IMG/VR virus record: IMGVR_UViG_3300014059_000008
Location: 1 to 64,000 of that record
DNA from: a virus
Taxonomy: Duplodnaviria; Caudoviricetes
Reading direction: 5' to 3' (one strand)
DNA length: 64,000 nucleotides
The position numbers and the translations under genes are program-made. Of the stretch, positions 1 to 8,723 are shown piece by piece. Position 1 is the stretch's first letter, and every line of letters begins with the position of its first letter. The notes under the pieces were generated by a model. The model saw only the letters and a list, made by a program, of their open reading frames with translations, was not told the DNA's origin and made no database searches.

Positions 1-230
1 CAGCTGAGGTCCGCGTCGCTGAGGTCCGCGCCGCTGAGGTCCGCGCAGCTGAGGTCCGCGTCGCTGAGGTCCGCGCCGATGAGTTTCGCGCAGCTGAGGT
101 CCGCGCCGCGGAGTTTCGCGCAGCTGAGGTCCGCGTCGCTGAGGTCCGCGCAGCTGAGGTCCGCGCCGCTGAGTGAATCACCTTCAGTGCTGATAATTAT
201 TTTGCCGGTTAATCGGTGCTTGATGTCCAT
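1..230 (-). CDS. Pentapeptide-repeat protein, truncated by the window edge (not in ORF track)
   Basis: Reverse complement reads [57 protein letters not shown]...; 15-bp repeat unit; GGAG RBS upstream of ATG at 230. Confidence 0.9.
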   Translation of the reverse strand, partial: MDIKHRLTGKIIISTEGDSLSGADLSCADLSDADLSCAKLRGADLSCAKLIGADLSDADLSCADLSGADLSDADLS

Positions 231-313
231 GGTGTTACTCTCCGTGCTGGTGGTTTGTTTGTATGGCTGCAATCATGGCGCGGGGAAAGTGCAGGCCGTT
301 GACCCTGCTGATG

Positions 314-577
314 CTATGCGCTCAGGGGGCGATCAAACCACAAGTAGCCAGTGCCCATGGCATTACCAGCAAAGACCTCTTTTGCATTCTTTGGCAGCGT
401 GCCTCGATATAGCTTCCGCTTGCTCCATCCGTTGTGGATACCTGGAAAGATATAGAGTTTCCCATCTTCCCCTTTTCCTATCCAGGTGGTTAGTCCGCCA
501 TCCCATAGAGGCTGTGGGCGCATCTGCAGGGCTTCGGCGATGTTCTTTGGTTTTGCTGTCTCTGTTGCAGGTGTCAT
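314..577 (-). CDS. Hypothetical protein
   Basis: ORF 314..769; probable start MTPATE at 577, directly after the upstream stop. Confidence 0.6.
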   Translation of the reverse strand: MTPATETAKPKNIAEALQMRPQPLWDGGLTTWIGKGEDGKLYIFPGIHNGWSKRKLYRGTLPKNAKEVFAGNAMGTGYLWFDRPLSA

Positions 578-578
578 G

Positions 579-974
579 TTAGTTGCCCGCCTTGACTGAT
601 GGGTTAGCTGCGTCAAATGCCGCAAGTGCTGCCAGCGCTTCGCTCTCGCGCTTGTGAGCTGCAGATCCTGGAAATGAGCCACGGCTGCAGTTAGCAAGAC
701 GAGTCGCCAGTACCTCTCGCTGCTCTGCAAGGGTCTGCGGAATAGCGCTCTGCGCCTCGTGGATTGCATGAGCCTCTGTCAGCGTCAGAGCATACTTTCC
801 ATTGAGAGCGTGAGTCATGGTGTATCCAGACATCGTGATCGGCGCTGACAGAGGAGCAATGATGGACCGACATGACTGAACTTCACCGGCCAAGTTGATC
901 TCAATCATAGTGCGGCTGATTGCCTTGATCGTTAAATGGCCCTTGCTTGTCATACGGTCTACTTGCGTCGTCAT
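579..974 (-). CDS. Hypothetical protein
   Basis: Start MTTQVD at 974 with GGAG RBS; downstream of candidate promoter. Confidence 0.65.
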   Translation of the reverse strand: MTTQVDRMTSKGHLTIKAISRTMIEINLAGEVQSCRSIIAPLSAPITMSGYTMTHALNGKYALTLTEAHAIHEAQSAIPQTLAEQREVLATRLANCSRGSFPGSAAHKRESEALAALAAFDAANPSVKAGN

Positions 975-1023
975 TGTCTTGCTCCAGGTTGTGGTTCGGA
1001 CCAGCGCTGCGTCCATGTCCAAA

Positions 1024-1066
1024 CTTGTATTACACCACGGCGCGCTGTGCAAGTCTTTTTGTGCAA
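1024..1066 (-). promoter_or_regulatory. Candidate leftward promoter with conserved 19-bp element (copy 1)
   Basis: TGCAAGTCTTTTTGTGCAA at 1048-1066 is identical to 33781-33799; minus strand reads TTGCAC-17 nt-TACAAG. Confidence 0.55.
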
Positions 1067-1159
1067 GATTGTGATCTTTTTTTTCGTGTCCGTCGGCGCG
1101 CTAGCGGTTGCGAGTCTTTTTGTGTTGCCATGTGCCGTATTGTCTGGCGTATTGGCACT

Positions 1160-1414
1160 ATGCACAAAGACCAAAAGCGCGGTGAGCGCATACGAGAGCT
1201 AAGGCAGGAAGCCGAAATGACACAGGACGCACTGGCAGCGAAGGCGCAGTGCGGCAGCAAAACCACCCGTAACGGCTCCTCGATTAGTTGGATCGAGGCC
1301 GGGAACGGCTTTCATGTTGACATGCTTATGGGCGTGTCCAGTGCGCTGGCGAAGGCACTGAAGAAAGAGCAGAAAGCGGTGGTCCTCTACCTGCTCCTGG
1401 GGGTGTGGAAGTAG
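1160..1414 (+). CDS. XRE/Cro-C1 family HTH regulator
   Basis: GERIRELRQEAEMTQDALAAKA...SISWIEAG; divergent from leftward genes. Confidence 0.8.
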   Translation: MHKDQKRGERIRELRQEAEMTQDALAAKAQCGSKTTRNGSSISWIEAGNGFHVDMLMGVSSALAKALKKEQKAVVLYLLLGVWK

Positions 1415-2380
1415 CTAGACGACGATGCGGACGGCGCGGTGAGTCGGCGCAGCGGTGACGTGAGAAAGCGCTTTGGTGTACAGCTGCTGCGCCGCTGCTA
1501 GGAAGTCCGCCAGCGTTGCGACCGATGTGATGGAAGTCTGCGACCCGGCATCAGCCATCGCGTGATAGGTAGTGCTGGGCACATGCAAGTTCCACTGCGT
1601 TAGTTCGTCATTCACCAAGTCATACGTGCCAGCCGGAACTGTCGGGACGGGAGCGGTGACGATGTTCGTGTTATCGGCGAGCGCGTGGCTTGCAGTCGGT
1701 GGGTGCGCTATGAACTTGGTCCGCATCTCAGTGAGAAGTGCCAGCCAGACGATCCACTCCGGCCCATCGACGGCATCGTAGGTGGCGTTGACTGCGCTGA
1801 TCTTGTTTCCAGTGTCAGCCACCGAGTGAACACCGCCGGAAGTCAGGACGACGTGATCATTCCACAGCGCTTTGAGCAGATTGGTGCGCTCGATTCCTTT
1901 GAGAGGGGTCCAGTCCATGGCCGAGAATGACGTGGGCGTGCCGACGTTGTTCAGGGTATCGACGGCTGCATGCCAAACGCCGCCAGTGTTCAGCCGGTGC
2001 GCTTCGTACTTGGCCGTAGCATCGTTGACCAGCACGCGCGCCGCTTCGGACAGTGCCGCTTCGATCGGTCCCCAGGGGGCCATGGTCGCCGTGATCGTGT
2101 GGGCGGCATCTGGCACCTTGTGTGCGTAGATGTGATCGCCCACGGTGACATCGGCCAGCGCGAAGTGGCCGTTGATGTAGTCCTTGGCGGCCAGCACGAT
2201 CGCTGCAGCTTCGGCCAAGCTCGTGGGATTGGCGCTCCCAAGTAGCGCGGGAAGAAGCGTGTCTGCGTCGTACTCGGGGCCGTCGTAGTGCGAAAATCCG
2301 CTCGACAGCGAAGCATGAATCGAGTTGTGGGCTGCAGCTGCCGCTGGGGACATATACGCTGCGTGAACTTGCTGTGCCAT
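1415..2380 (-). CDS. His-pair repeat protein, last gene of tail module (putative virion protein)
   Basis: Start MAQQVH with TAAGGAG RBS; 5-6 repeats of helix-H-x(5-14)-H-x-x-x-D; paralogous to 21533..22078. Confidence 0.6.
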   Translation of the reverse strand: MAQQVHAAYMSPAAAAAHNSIHASLSSGFSHYDGPEYDADTLLPALLGSANPTSLAEAAAIVLAAKDYINGHFALADVTVGDHIYAHKVPDAAHTITATMAPWGPIEAALSEAARVLVNDATAKYEAHRLNTGGVWHAAVDTLNNVGTPTSFSAMDWTPLKGIERTNLLKALWNDHVVLTSGGVHSVADTGNKISAVNATYDAVDGPEWIVWLALLTEMRTKFIAHPPTASHALADNTNIVTAPVPTVPAGTYDLVNDELTQWNLHVPSTTYHAMADAGSQTSITSVATLADFLAAAQQLYTKALSHVTAAPTHRAVRIVV

Positions 2381-2393
2381 GGCTGGGGGCTCC

Positions 2394-3965
2394 TTATGCG
2401 TATCGGATGACAAGGCTCAGCAGTGCGCACTGAGTCTTAGGGGCTGGGGAGATATCTGCAGGGGGGCTCACGATCACGGCGTTTGATACGCCGGTCACAG
2501 CCTTGACGACGCTATGCACCAAGTTGATCGTAAGGTTTGCCGGTGCGCGCGTGGTGGGGGCTGGGTAGCGCGTGGGCGGTGACGTGTCGCCCGGACCGAG
2601 GTTGGCGAACATCTCTAGGATGTTATCGCGCACGCCTTCTAGGAGGCTCGACCCAGGCCAGATGGTCGCGCCCGCAGACGGGGCTACCGATAGCGCTGGC
2701 GAGATATTAAAGCCCGTGGCGTCTACGCTGATCACCGAGCACTGCTCTAGGTAAGTGGGCGGGCCGGTCTGGATTGCGATGCGCGAAGTGACCGCCACAG
2801 ATCCGCGCGGGTCGGTGGTGGTGTTGATTCGCAGCGTCGTACATCCGACATCCGCCGTGAGCGTGCCTAGCCAGTCGGGGCCGTATCCAGGGCCACCAGT
2901 TAAACGGATGTCGACTGGCACGAACTGATCCATGAAGTCGGTAAACAGCCAGTCGTGACCACCGATGGCGACGTACCCAGGATTGCCGTCCGTTGGGGGC
3001 TGCGGTGCGATGGCGGTCTGAATCTCGCCGATGCGTACAAGCCCCAGGTGTCGAGCAAAGCGCACGCCTTGCGGCACTAGGTCTGCAGTCCCAGGTCCCC
3101 GAAACTCGGAGTAGACAAAGCCCTCTGCCACCCCTGGCTGTTCAAGCATCAGCAGCAGCGCTTGTGCGCGGTTATTGGCAGCTGGGCGCTCGGCATCAAA
3201 GTCTTGCATCGCCCGCGCCCACTCCTGCAGGGATTGCTGATCTGAGCCGCCGCCCAGCTCTTGCACTTCGCAGGTGGGGTTTTCGACAGGGGATGCGAAC
3301 TCTAGGATCGTGCCGTATTCCAGGTTTCCGATAGCGCCCGCGTTTACCGCTTCGATTGGAAGCAGCGCGCCCGGCTCAGGGTACAGCTGGTCAACGGTCG
3401 GGACTGGTGGCGTCTTGAACCGGCCATGGATGACCAGCGCGCCCGACCCTGGCAGGTCTTTGATGGCGTAGTAGTCGGTATTGATCCCGAAGATGTCACC
3501 GACAGACATACCGCTCACGTTGGACACGACGACGGTGTTTGGCACCATTGGGTCGTAGGCCACAACGGTCTTGTTCGCCCAGACGGCAAGCGTCACCGTG
3601 CTCGCGAGCGTGGTTTTGATCTGCACCCCGGATGGGTCCGAAAGAAGCGCGTTGGCTGGCTGGATGGTGAGGTTTGAGCCTCGGTACAGCGCAAAGCCTG
3701 AGGACTTCGCAGCGTCCTTGCGTGCGATACCGCGCTTGATCCCGTGCTGCACCAAGTAGGCCAGCGCTGCGGTGTTCGGAAAGATCTGCTGCAGCGCGAA
3801 CTTGATATGCCCAAAGATCGGCAGCAGCACCACAGAGAGCACGCGGCTTTGCTGGTCGTAGTCTGAGCCGAGCGATAGCGACGCCTCGGGTAGCAGCTTC
3901 TGGATCACGTTCTTGGCGTGAGTCCTGATCTCGTCGAGCTTGGGGATAACGAACTCGTCAGCCAT
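2394..3965 (-). CDS. Baseplate J-like wedge protein (Mu gp47 type)
   Basis: QIFPNTAALAYLVQHG..RGIARKDAAKSSG, EAVNAGAIGN, GGGSDQ, RGPGTADL motifs; follows gp46-like gene. Confidence 0.9.
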   Translation of the reverse strand: MADEFVIPKLDEIRTHAKNVIQKLLPEASLSLGSDYDQQSRVLSVVLLPIFGHIKFALQQIFPNTAALAYLVQHGIKRGIARKDAAKSSGFALYRGSNLTIQPANALLSDPSGVQIKTTLASTVTLAVWANKTVVAYDPMVPNTVVVSNVSGMSVGDIFGINTDYYAIKDLPGSGALVIHGRFKTPPVPTVDQLYPEPGALLPIEAVNAGAIGNLEYGTILEFASPVENPTCEVQELGGGSDQQSLQEWARAMQDFDAERPAANNRAQALLLMLEQPGVAEGFVYSEFRGPGTADLVPQGVRFARHLGLVRIGEIQTAIAPQPPTDGNPGYVAIGGHDWLFTDFMDQFVPVDIRLTGGPGYGPDWLGTLTADVGCTTLRINTTTDPRGSVAVTSRIAIQTGPPTYLEQCSVISVDATGFNISPALSVAPSAGATIWPGSSLLEGVRDNILEMFANLGPGDTSPPTRYPAPTTRAPANLTINLVHSVVKAVTGVSNAVIVSPPADISPAPKTQCALLSLVIRYA

Positions 3966-4351
3966 TAGAGCTGTACCTCAAAAGTGGTGCTACTTGGTTT
4001 GCCTGCAGCGTCGCGAAAGGACACCTTGGTGACGATGGACGGGTCGATGCGGTCCCGGCCTGTGACCTCGGTAGTGACCAAGAGGTCTACTAGCTCTCCT
4101 TCATCGACCATGGGCTTCAGCGTGCGCTCAATCTCTTGGCTGATCACCACGTCGATGTCGTCGGTGATTTTCTTGATCTCGTGGAGCTTTGAGCCGATGC
4201 CCGGATAGGCGGGTGAGCTGTTGTATTCCAGCGCCACCAGAAACAGCACACGGGTTATCAGGGTGTCGTCGAGCTTGCGCTCACCACGGACCATGATCCA
4301 GTCGCGCGTTTCGGGGTCGATTGCTCTTGATATGCGCGCAAGTCTAGCCAC
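3965..4351 (-). CDS. Baseplate wedge subunit (Mu gp46/gpW-like)
   Basis: GIGSKLHEIKK...IERTLKPMVDEG; size and position. Confidence 0.75.
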   Translation of the reverse strand: MARLARISRAIDPETRDWIMVRGERKLDDTLITRVLFLVALEYNSSPAYPGIGSKLHEIKKITDDIDVVISQEIERTLKPMVDEGELVDLLVTTEVTGRDRIDPSIVTKVSFRDAAGKPSSTTFEVQL

Positions 4352-4405
4352 GGTGGTAGTCTCGTTTAGTCACCGGCCTACCCTATCACGAAAGGTTTTT
4401 TACCA

Positions 4406-5041
4406 ATGCGCAAAGCGTTAGCCCTCCTACTCGTCTTGGCTCTCCCGGCATGCGGTGCCGCTGGGAGCCAACGTCCCTATGTGCCGCCAGCTGCCACAGA
4501 CATGGCGCAGCCGCCAGCACTTGAGCAGATCCCAGCTGGGCCTGACTCGTCCGGCAATGATGTCAGGCTCCTGTGGGTGCGGACCACTGGCGGGGCGCGC
4601 GTCCGGCTGGGCCAGCGCGTGCATGCTGTCGAGCTGTCGCAGGCTCTTGGCGCTCCCGTGCAGTGCTTGTTTGAGGAGTCAGGGGTCGATGGGTCGTATG
4701 CGTGCGTACCAGCTGGCCCGGTTGCGGTGCTGGCACAGACCTACTACTTTGACCAGGCATGCACGATGCGGCTGCATGTGGAGACACCAGAGTGGCGGTC
4801 TTGCTTCTCACCAGCGCCCATGGTCGGCACCTACTACACTGCAGCGCCTGGAACATCCATCAGCTGCGTTAACAAGGCCCGCTCGTTTACGCTCAAGCGC
4901 ATCAGCACCCCGCAGATCGTCTACTACCAGAACGGCGGAAAGTGCGTCACCTATGGCACCGGGCAGACCAGCAATAACTACTGGCTACTAGACAAGGAAG
5001 TGACCAGCATGCTCCCCACGGGCAGGCTAGGCGTAGAGTAG
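4406..5041 (+). CDS. Cys-rich lipoprotein, moron-like, antisense within the baseplate cluster
   Basis: MRKALALLLVLALPA-C lipobox; several Cys; fills the gap between two minus-strand genes exactly. Confidence 0.75.
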   Translation: MRKALALLLVLALPACGAAGSQRPYVPPAATDMAQPPALEQIPAGPDSSGNDVRLLWVRTTGGARVRLGQRVHAVELSQALGAPVQCLFEESGVDGSYACVPAGPVAVLAQTYYFDQACTMRLHVETPEWRSCFSPAPMVGTYYTAAPGTSISCVNKARSFTLKRISTPQIVYYQNGGKCVTYGTGQTSNNYWLLDKEVTSMLPTGRLGVE

Positions 5042-5614
5042 CTACTCCGACTTGCTGAGCGTCGAGGCAGTCTGGATCTTGTAGACGGCCTCGAATGTCA
5101 TCTCGACCACAGGCTGCGGCAGCAGTCCGACTACGACGATAGGACCAAGAGCTGTGGTAGTCCCCTTGGCATCGACCATGGTGATCGTGATCTGAAACGT
5201 CGAGCCGGTGACTTGGTTGCCAATGACGATGACTCGAACCCCGCCTACTTCGTCATCCTTGCGCGCTATCCCCCGAGTCGCATTCTTACCCAGGATGATC
5301 TCGTCGGACTTCACCGCCACAACCTGCGGGTCTTTGTCGAGCGAGTACATCCTGCTCTGACCGCGCACGATCTTTGGCAGCTTTGAAACCACGTCACGGT
5401 CGGAAAGCGCCACAATCTCCGTGGTGTTTCCAGACCGGAATGCTAGGCCGTCTCTGCTGTTCTGCCTGGATGAGTCAAGCGGGAAGGTCTGAAACCCTGC
5501 AGGCTGCAGGATGCGCCGCTTCTCAATCTCCCCGCCATCGCAGTACTCGCCCGAGCCACGGATCTCGCCCACGTCGTCGAGGTAGAACTTCCAGAAGTCT
5601 GAAGGATCGAACAT
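5042..5614 (-). CDS. Baseplate spike/assembly protein (Mu gp45/gpV-like)
   Basis: RILQPAGFQTFP, VRGQSRMYS, IILG..ATRGIARKDDEV; position. Confidence 0.8.
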   Translation of the reverse strand: MFDPSDFWKFYLDDVGEIRGSGEYCDGGEIEKRRILQPAGFQTFPLDSSRQNSRDGLAFRSGNTTEIVALSDRDVVSKLPKIVRGQSRMYSLDKDPQVVAVKSDEIILGKNATRGIARKDDEVGGVRVIVIGNQVTGSTFQITITMVDAKGTTTALGPIVVVGLLPQPVVEMTFEAVYKIQTASTLSKSE

Positions 5615-5616
5615 GG

Positions 5617-6858
5617 CTAGAGCACGATAGCGCCTTTCGGCACTAGGGTCAGCTCTGTTGTCGTGGCGTTCTTTTGGTCGCGGGTCTTGCGCAGCACCCG
5701 GCCCGTAATAAGCGCGGGCTCGTCGATCTTCGGACGGGGTAGCTCGTCGAGAATCAGCGCCATTGTGTTGACGGTGTAGGCATAGTTTGCTTTGTTGCGA
5801 TGCCCAGCGAGGACGTAGCTGAAGGTGATGTCATTGGCGTTGCGCATCGCCAGCGCCCGCTGCGCCAGACGGTTTGCCTCATCGGCGTTCGTTGGGTTTG
5901 TGTCCCGAAGGAAGCGCCTACGGGGCCAGATGAATGGCTTGGTCGTGTTGGCGATGCCAGCGATCTTGGGCTTGCTCTTGGTGCTGGCCCGATGCTTTAC
6001 GTTGGGGTCTGCGCTTCGGTACAGCGAGCCGCGCCCCAGGATATGCACGCTCGTGGCCGTGGCGGTGTTTGAGAGCCGCCGGAATCCGCTCAGCACATTG
6101 GAGCGGTCAGGGTTTGAGCGCATGCGAGTGATCCGGTAGAGCGGATCTTGCTCGTAGTCTGGGGCGACGAAGCACAGCGACCCATCCGCCATAAAGTACG
6201 GGATGACACCCAGGTTTTCAGCGTGGCGGTGGATAAAATCCCATTCTGTTTCGCCTGGGTGTGGCTGCACGTCGGCTAGCGTGGCCTGCACGAATCCCGT
6301 CCGTGCCTTGCCAACATCTACAGAGCCGCGCGAGGTCTTGATCGTCTTCTGGCTTGCGATGCGCTTACCGGTCAAAAGAGAGCGGTTTGCGATGTCATCG
6401 GCCACGATCTGAAGCTCTAGGCCCTTGCCGCGATACTTGGCCAAGATGGACTCGGCAATCTCGGGAAGCGTTGTCAGCGATGAGATCTTGAGCTTGGGGT
6501 CTACCTCATTGCTTAGCAGAAGCGAGGCCGGGTCCATGCCCTGCACTTTGATGTACGCTTGCCCGTCATTGTCCTCGACGATGGTTTGCTCGCTGATGAT
6601 CCCCGTCCCAAGCAAGATGCCATCTAGCTCTAGTCGGACGATCGCATCGGGCACCGTGAGCGCGCAGACTCGCTCGATGTACTCCTCGGGTGGGACATCA
6701 TTGCCAGCGCCAGTTAGACCGAGCGTGAAAGAGAAGTGATTGGCCGGGGTGAACAGGTTTTCATTGAACTCGTACTCGGTCCACGTCGAGAGCCTACGCC
6801 CAAGATCGCGCGTTGGTCCCGACGACACCACAAGCTGTACACGTTCCTCGTTAGCCAT
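5617..6858 (-). CDS. Baseplate hub protein (Mu gp44/P-like)
   Basis: WTEYEFNENLFTPANHFSFTL, QGMDPASLL, QPHPGETEWDFIHRHA. Confidence 0.85.
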   Translation of the reverse strand: MANEERVQLVVSSGPTRDLGRRLSTWTEYEFNENLFTPANHFSFTLGLTGAGNDVPPEEYIERVCALTVPDAIVRLELDGILLGTGIISEQTIVEDNDGQAYIKVQGMDPASLLLSNEVDPKLKISSLTTLPEIAESILAKYRGKGLELQIVADDIANRSLLTGKRIASQKTIKTSRGSVDVGKARTGFVQATLADVQPHPGETEWDFIHRHAENLGVIPYFMADGSLCFVAPDYEQDPLYRITRMRSNPDRSNVLSGFRRLSNTATATSVHILGRGSLYRSADPNVKHRASTKSKPKIAGIANTTKPFIWPRRRFLRDTNPTNADEANRLAQRALAMRNANDITFSYVLAGHRNKANYAYTVNTMALILDELPRPKIDEPALITGRVLRKTRDQKNATTTELTLVPKGAIVL

Positions 6859-7886
6859 TACAGATCCAGGAACCTGACGCGAGAACCAGCCGGGTACTGC
6901 GTGCCATCGAGCGGGTTGTTCCTCATGATCTCGTCAGCTCGTGACGCATCCTGGTACAGCTCCATGGCAATCTCGCACGCGGTCATGTCTCTGTCGGTGA
7001 AGTACTCGATGAGCCGCGCCGACCGCTCTTGCGCTTCTAGTCCAGCACGAACAACGTCAGCTTGAACGCCCGTAACCTGCTGAAGCACCTCTGCGTTGTC
7101 AGCGAGTTGCAGCTCTGGCGTGTCCAGAATCTCCGCAAATCGCGCCTTGACCCGCTCAGCCTCGGCCTTGATGTCGTCAGCGGTAGCCTCTTCATTCCGT
7201 AGGAACTCCTCAAATGATGCGACAAGCTCAGTGAACGGCGGCAACTTCGCGGCGATGTTGACGATAGCGCGCGATGGGAACTGCGGGATCTGCGGGTTAG
7301 GCGGAACGGGCGTCTGCAGCAGGTTCTCGACTTGGCTGATCTGCGAGAGCACATTGGCAATCGCGCCCTGAATCGGGTTGAACCGCGTAGGTGCTGGTGC
7401 TGCGAGCGCTGCAACGGCTTGGTCTACAGCCGCTGCTGCAGACTTGGCACCGGCCAGCGGGTTGCTTTCAACGATGTCGAGCTGCTTACCGTTGGGGTCG
7501 AGTACTTGCTCAAAGACGTACTGAACCTTGCAACCGTTCAGTACGTCGGTGGTGTACTTCGGAGAGAACTGCGAGAAGTGGCCGTAGACTTCGCCGTACA
7601 GCTGCGTGCGCAGATAGCCGTTGCGCGGCAGCTGGCAGCGGCGACGCATCTGCATGAACTTCTGTGGCCACTGGTTTTCATAGCCATCCACGCCGTTGAC
7701 AAAAGCCATCTCGCCCGTGATTACCAGCGGAGCGACCGACAGCGCCTCGGCATCCTGGTAGCGCCGATGGGGGCTACGGTACTTGGACCACTCCATGAGA
7801 AAGCCGGACTCGTCCCACTGTGTGATGGGGAACGGGCCTATGCCGTCGTAGTAGGCTGGCGCTCTGTACTTGTTCTCATCGGCCAT
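6858..7886 (-). CDS. Mu gp43/N-like 'DNA circularisation' tail protein with C-terminal LysM-like domain
   Basis: N-terminal PAYYDGIGPF; C-terminal IAMELYQDASRADEIMRNN...YPAGSRV. Confidence 0.8.
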   Translation of the reverse strand: MADENKYRAPAYYDGIGPFPITQWDESGFLMEWSKYRSPHRRYQDAEALSVAPLVITGEMAFVNGVDGYENQWPQKFMQMRRRCQLPRNGYLRTQLYGEVYGHFSQFSPKYTTDVLNGCKVQYVFEQVLDPNGKQLDIVESNPLAGAKSAAAAVDQAVAALAAPAPTRFNPIQGAIANVLSQISQVENLLQTPVPPNPQIPQFPSRAIVNIAAKLPPFTELVASFEEFLRNEEATADDIKAEAERVKARFAEILDTPELQLADNAEVLQQVTGVQADVVRAGLEAQERSARLIEYFTDRDMTACEIAMELYQDASRADEIMRNNPLDGTQYPAGSRVRFLDL

Positions 7887-7932
7887 GCGGGTCAGGGTAT
7901 CAGCGCCACCGATGCAGCGCTAGGCACAAACT

Positions 7933-7970
7933 AAAAACCCCGCCCCGTCTGTTTAAGGACGAAGCGGGGT
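7933..7970 (-). terminator. Intrinsic terminator
   Basis: Minus strand ACCCCGCTTCGTC-CTTAAACA-GACGGGGCGGGGT followed by a T run. Confidence 0.7.
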
Positions 7971-8032
7971 CGCGCTTAGACACCGGCAGGAGTACAGGCG
8001 CACGCAAAGACTAAGCGGGCACCCGGTAGCAG

Positions 8033-8437
8033 TCAAGGGGAAGGTGGGTCAACTTCGGAAATTAGCTGCATAGGCACCTCGCCCGGCTTTAGAGTTCCGG
8101 GGTCTGAGGCAAACAGAAATCCGCGTGTATTACCCATGTCGGTCTGCTCTGTTTCTCCCTTTGATTGCACGCGCTGCGCACACTCGCCATTGACGCAAAA
8201 CTTTGGAAACACGCAGGTTGGATAGCACTGCTTTGATACTGTGGCTGCTGGCTGCGGCGGCTGCGTCTGTACAGGGGCCTGCACATGAGCGCGATTGCCA
8301 CGCCGGACCGGCACCGCGTCTTGCTCGTCTCGGTCTGATACTCCAGAGCATAGATGCAAGACTGCTATGGCCATGAGGCCCATACCACCAAGCGATGCAA
8401 GGCTTACCGGTTTGTGTTGCTGCTTTGCTACGGTCAT
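8033..8437 (-). CDS. Membrane-anchored protein with small Cys motif
   Basis: Start MTVAKQ overlaps upstream stop (ATGA); hydrophobic segment, then CYPTCVFPKFCVNGEC. Confidence 0.55.
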   Translation of the reverse strand: MTVAKQQHKPVSLASLGGMGLMAIAVLHLCSGVSDRDEQDAVPVRRGNRAHVQAPVQTQPPQPAATVSKQCYPTCVFPKFCVNGECAQRVQSKGETEQTDMGNTRGFLFASDPGTLKPGEVPMQLISEVDPPSP

Positions 8438-8718
8438 TTGCTGCCCTCTTGCTCGATACCGTCTTTTTTGTTGGCGCACTGATGCGCCGATTTGATTGCT
8501 AGCTCTGCGAGGTCTGCGTACTTGGTTGCCAGCAAGCGCTTTGTTTCTTCGTGCGATTGCTGATCTAAATCTGGGCCTCTGCGCCTCAGCCAATCCAATC
8601 CTAAGATAATCACGACGACGCCAGCGGCAGCGCCTAAGTTCTTCCAGGACGCCACTTTTTCAACTACGTCCCCGACTATCGGGATGTCCTGCAGTACTGC
8701 CGCCAAAAGAAAGGTCAT
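8434..8718 (-). CDS. Small membrane protein, possible holin
   Basis: 94 aa; one hydrophobic helix (LGAAAGVVVIILGL) followed by RRR and a charged tail. Confidence 0.4.
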   Translation of the reverse strand: MTFLLAAVLQDIPIVGDVVEKVASWKNLGAAAGVVVIILGLDWLRRRGPDLDQQSHEETKRLLATKYADLAELAIKSAHQCANKKDGIEQEGSK

Positions 8719-8723
8719 GGTCT

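Noticed and set aside
1-172. Short direct repeats as a CRISPR array
   Set aside because: 15-bp contiguous coding repeats with no spacers and no cas genes
79-582. Plus-strand ORF with AQLRS repeats
   Set aside because: Antisense shadow of the pentapeptide-repeat gene
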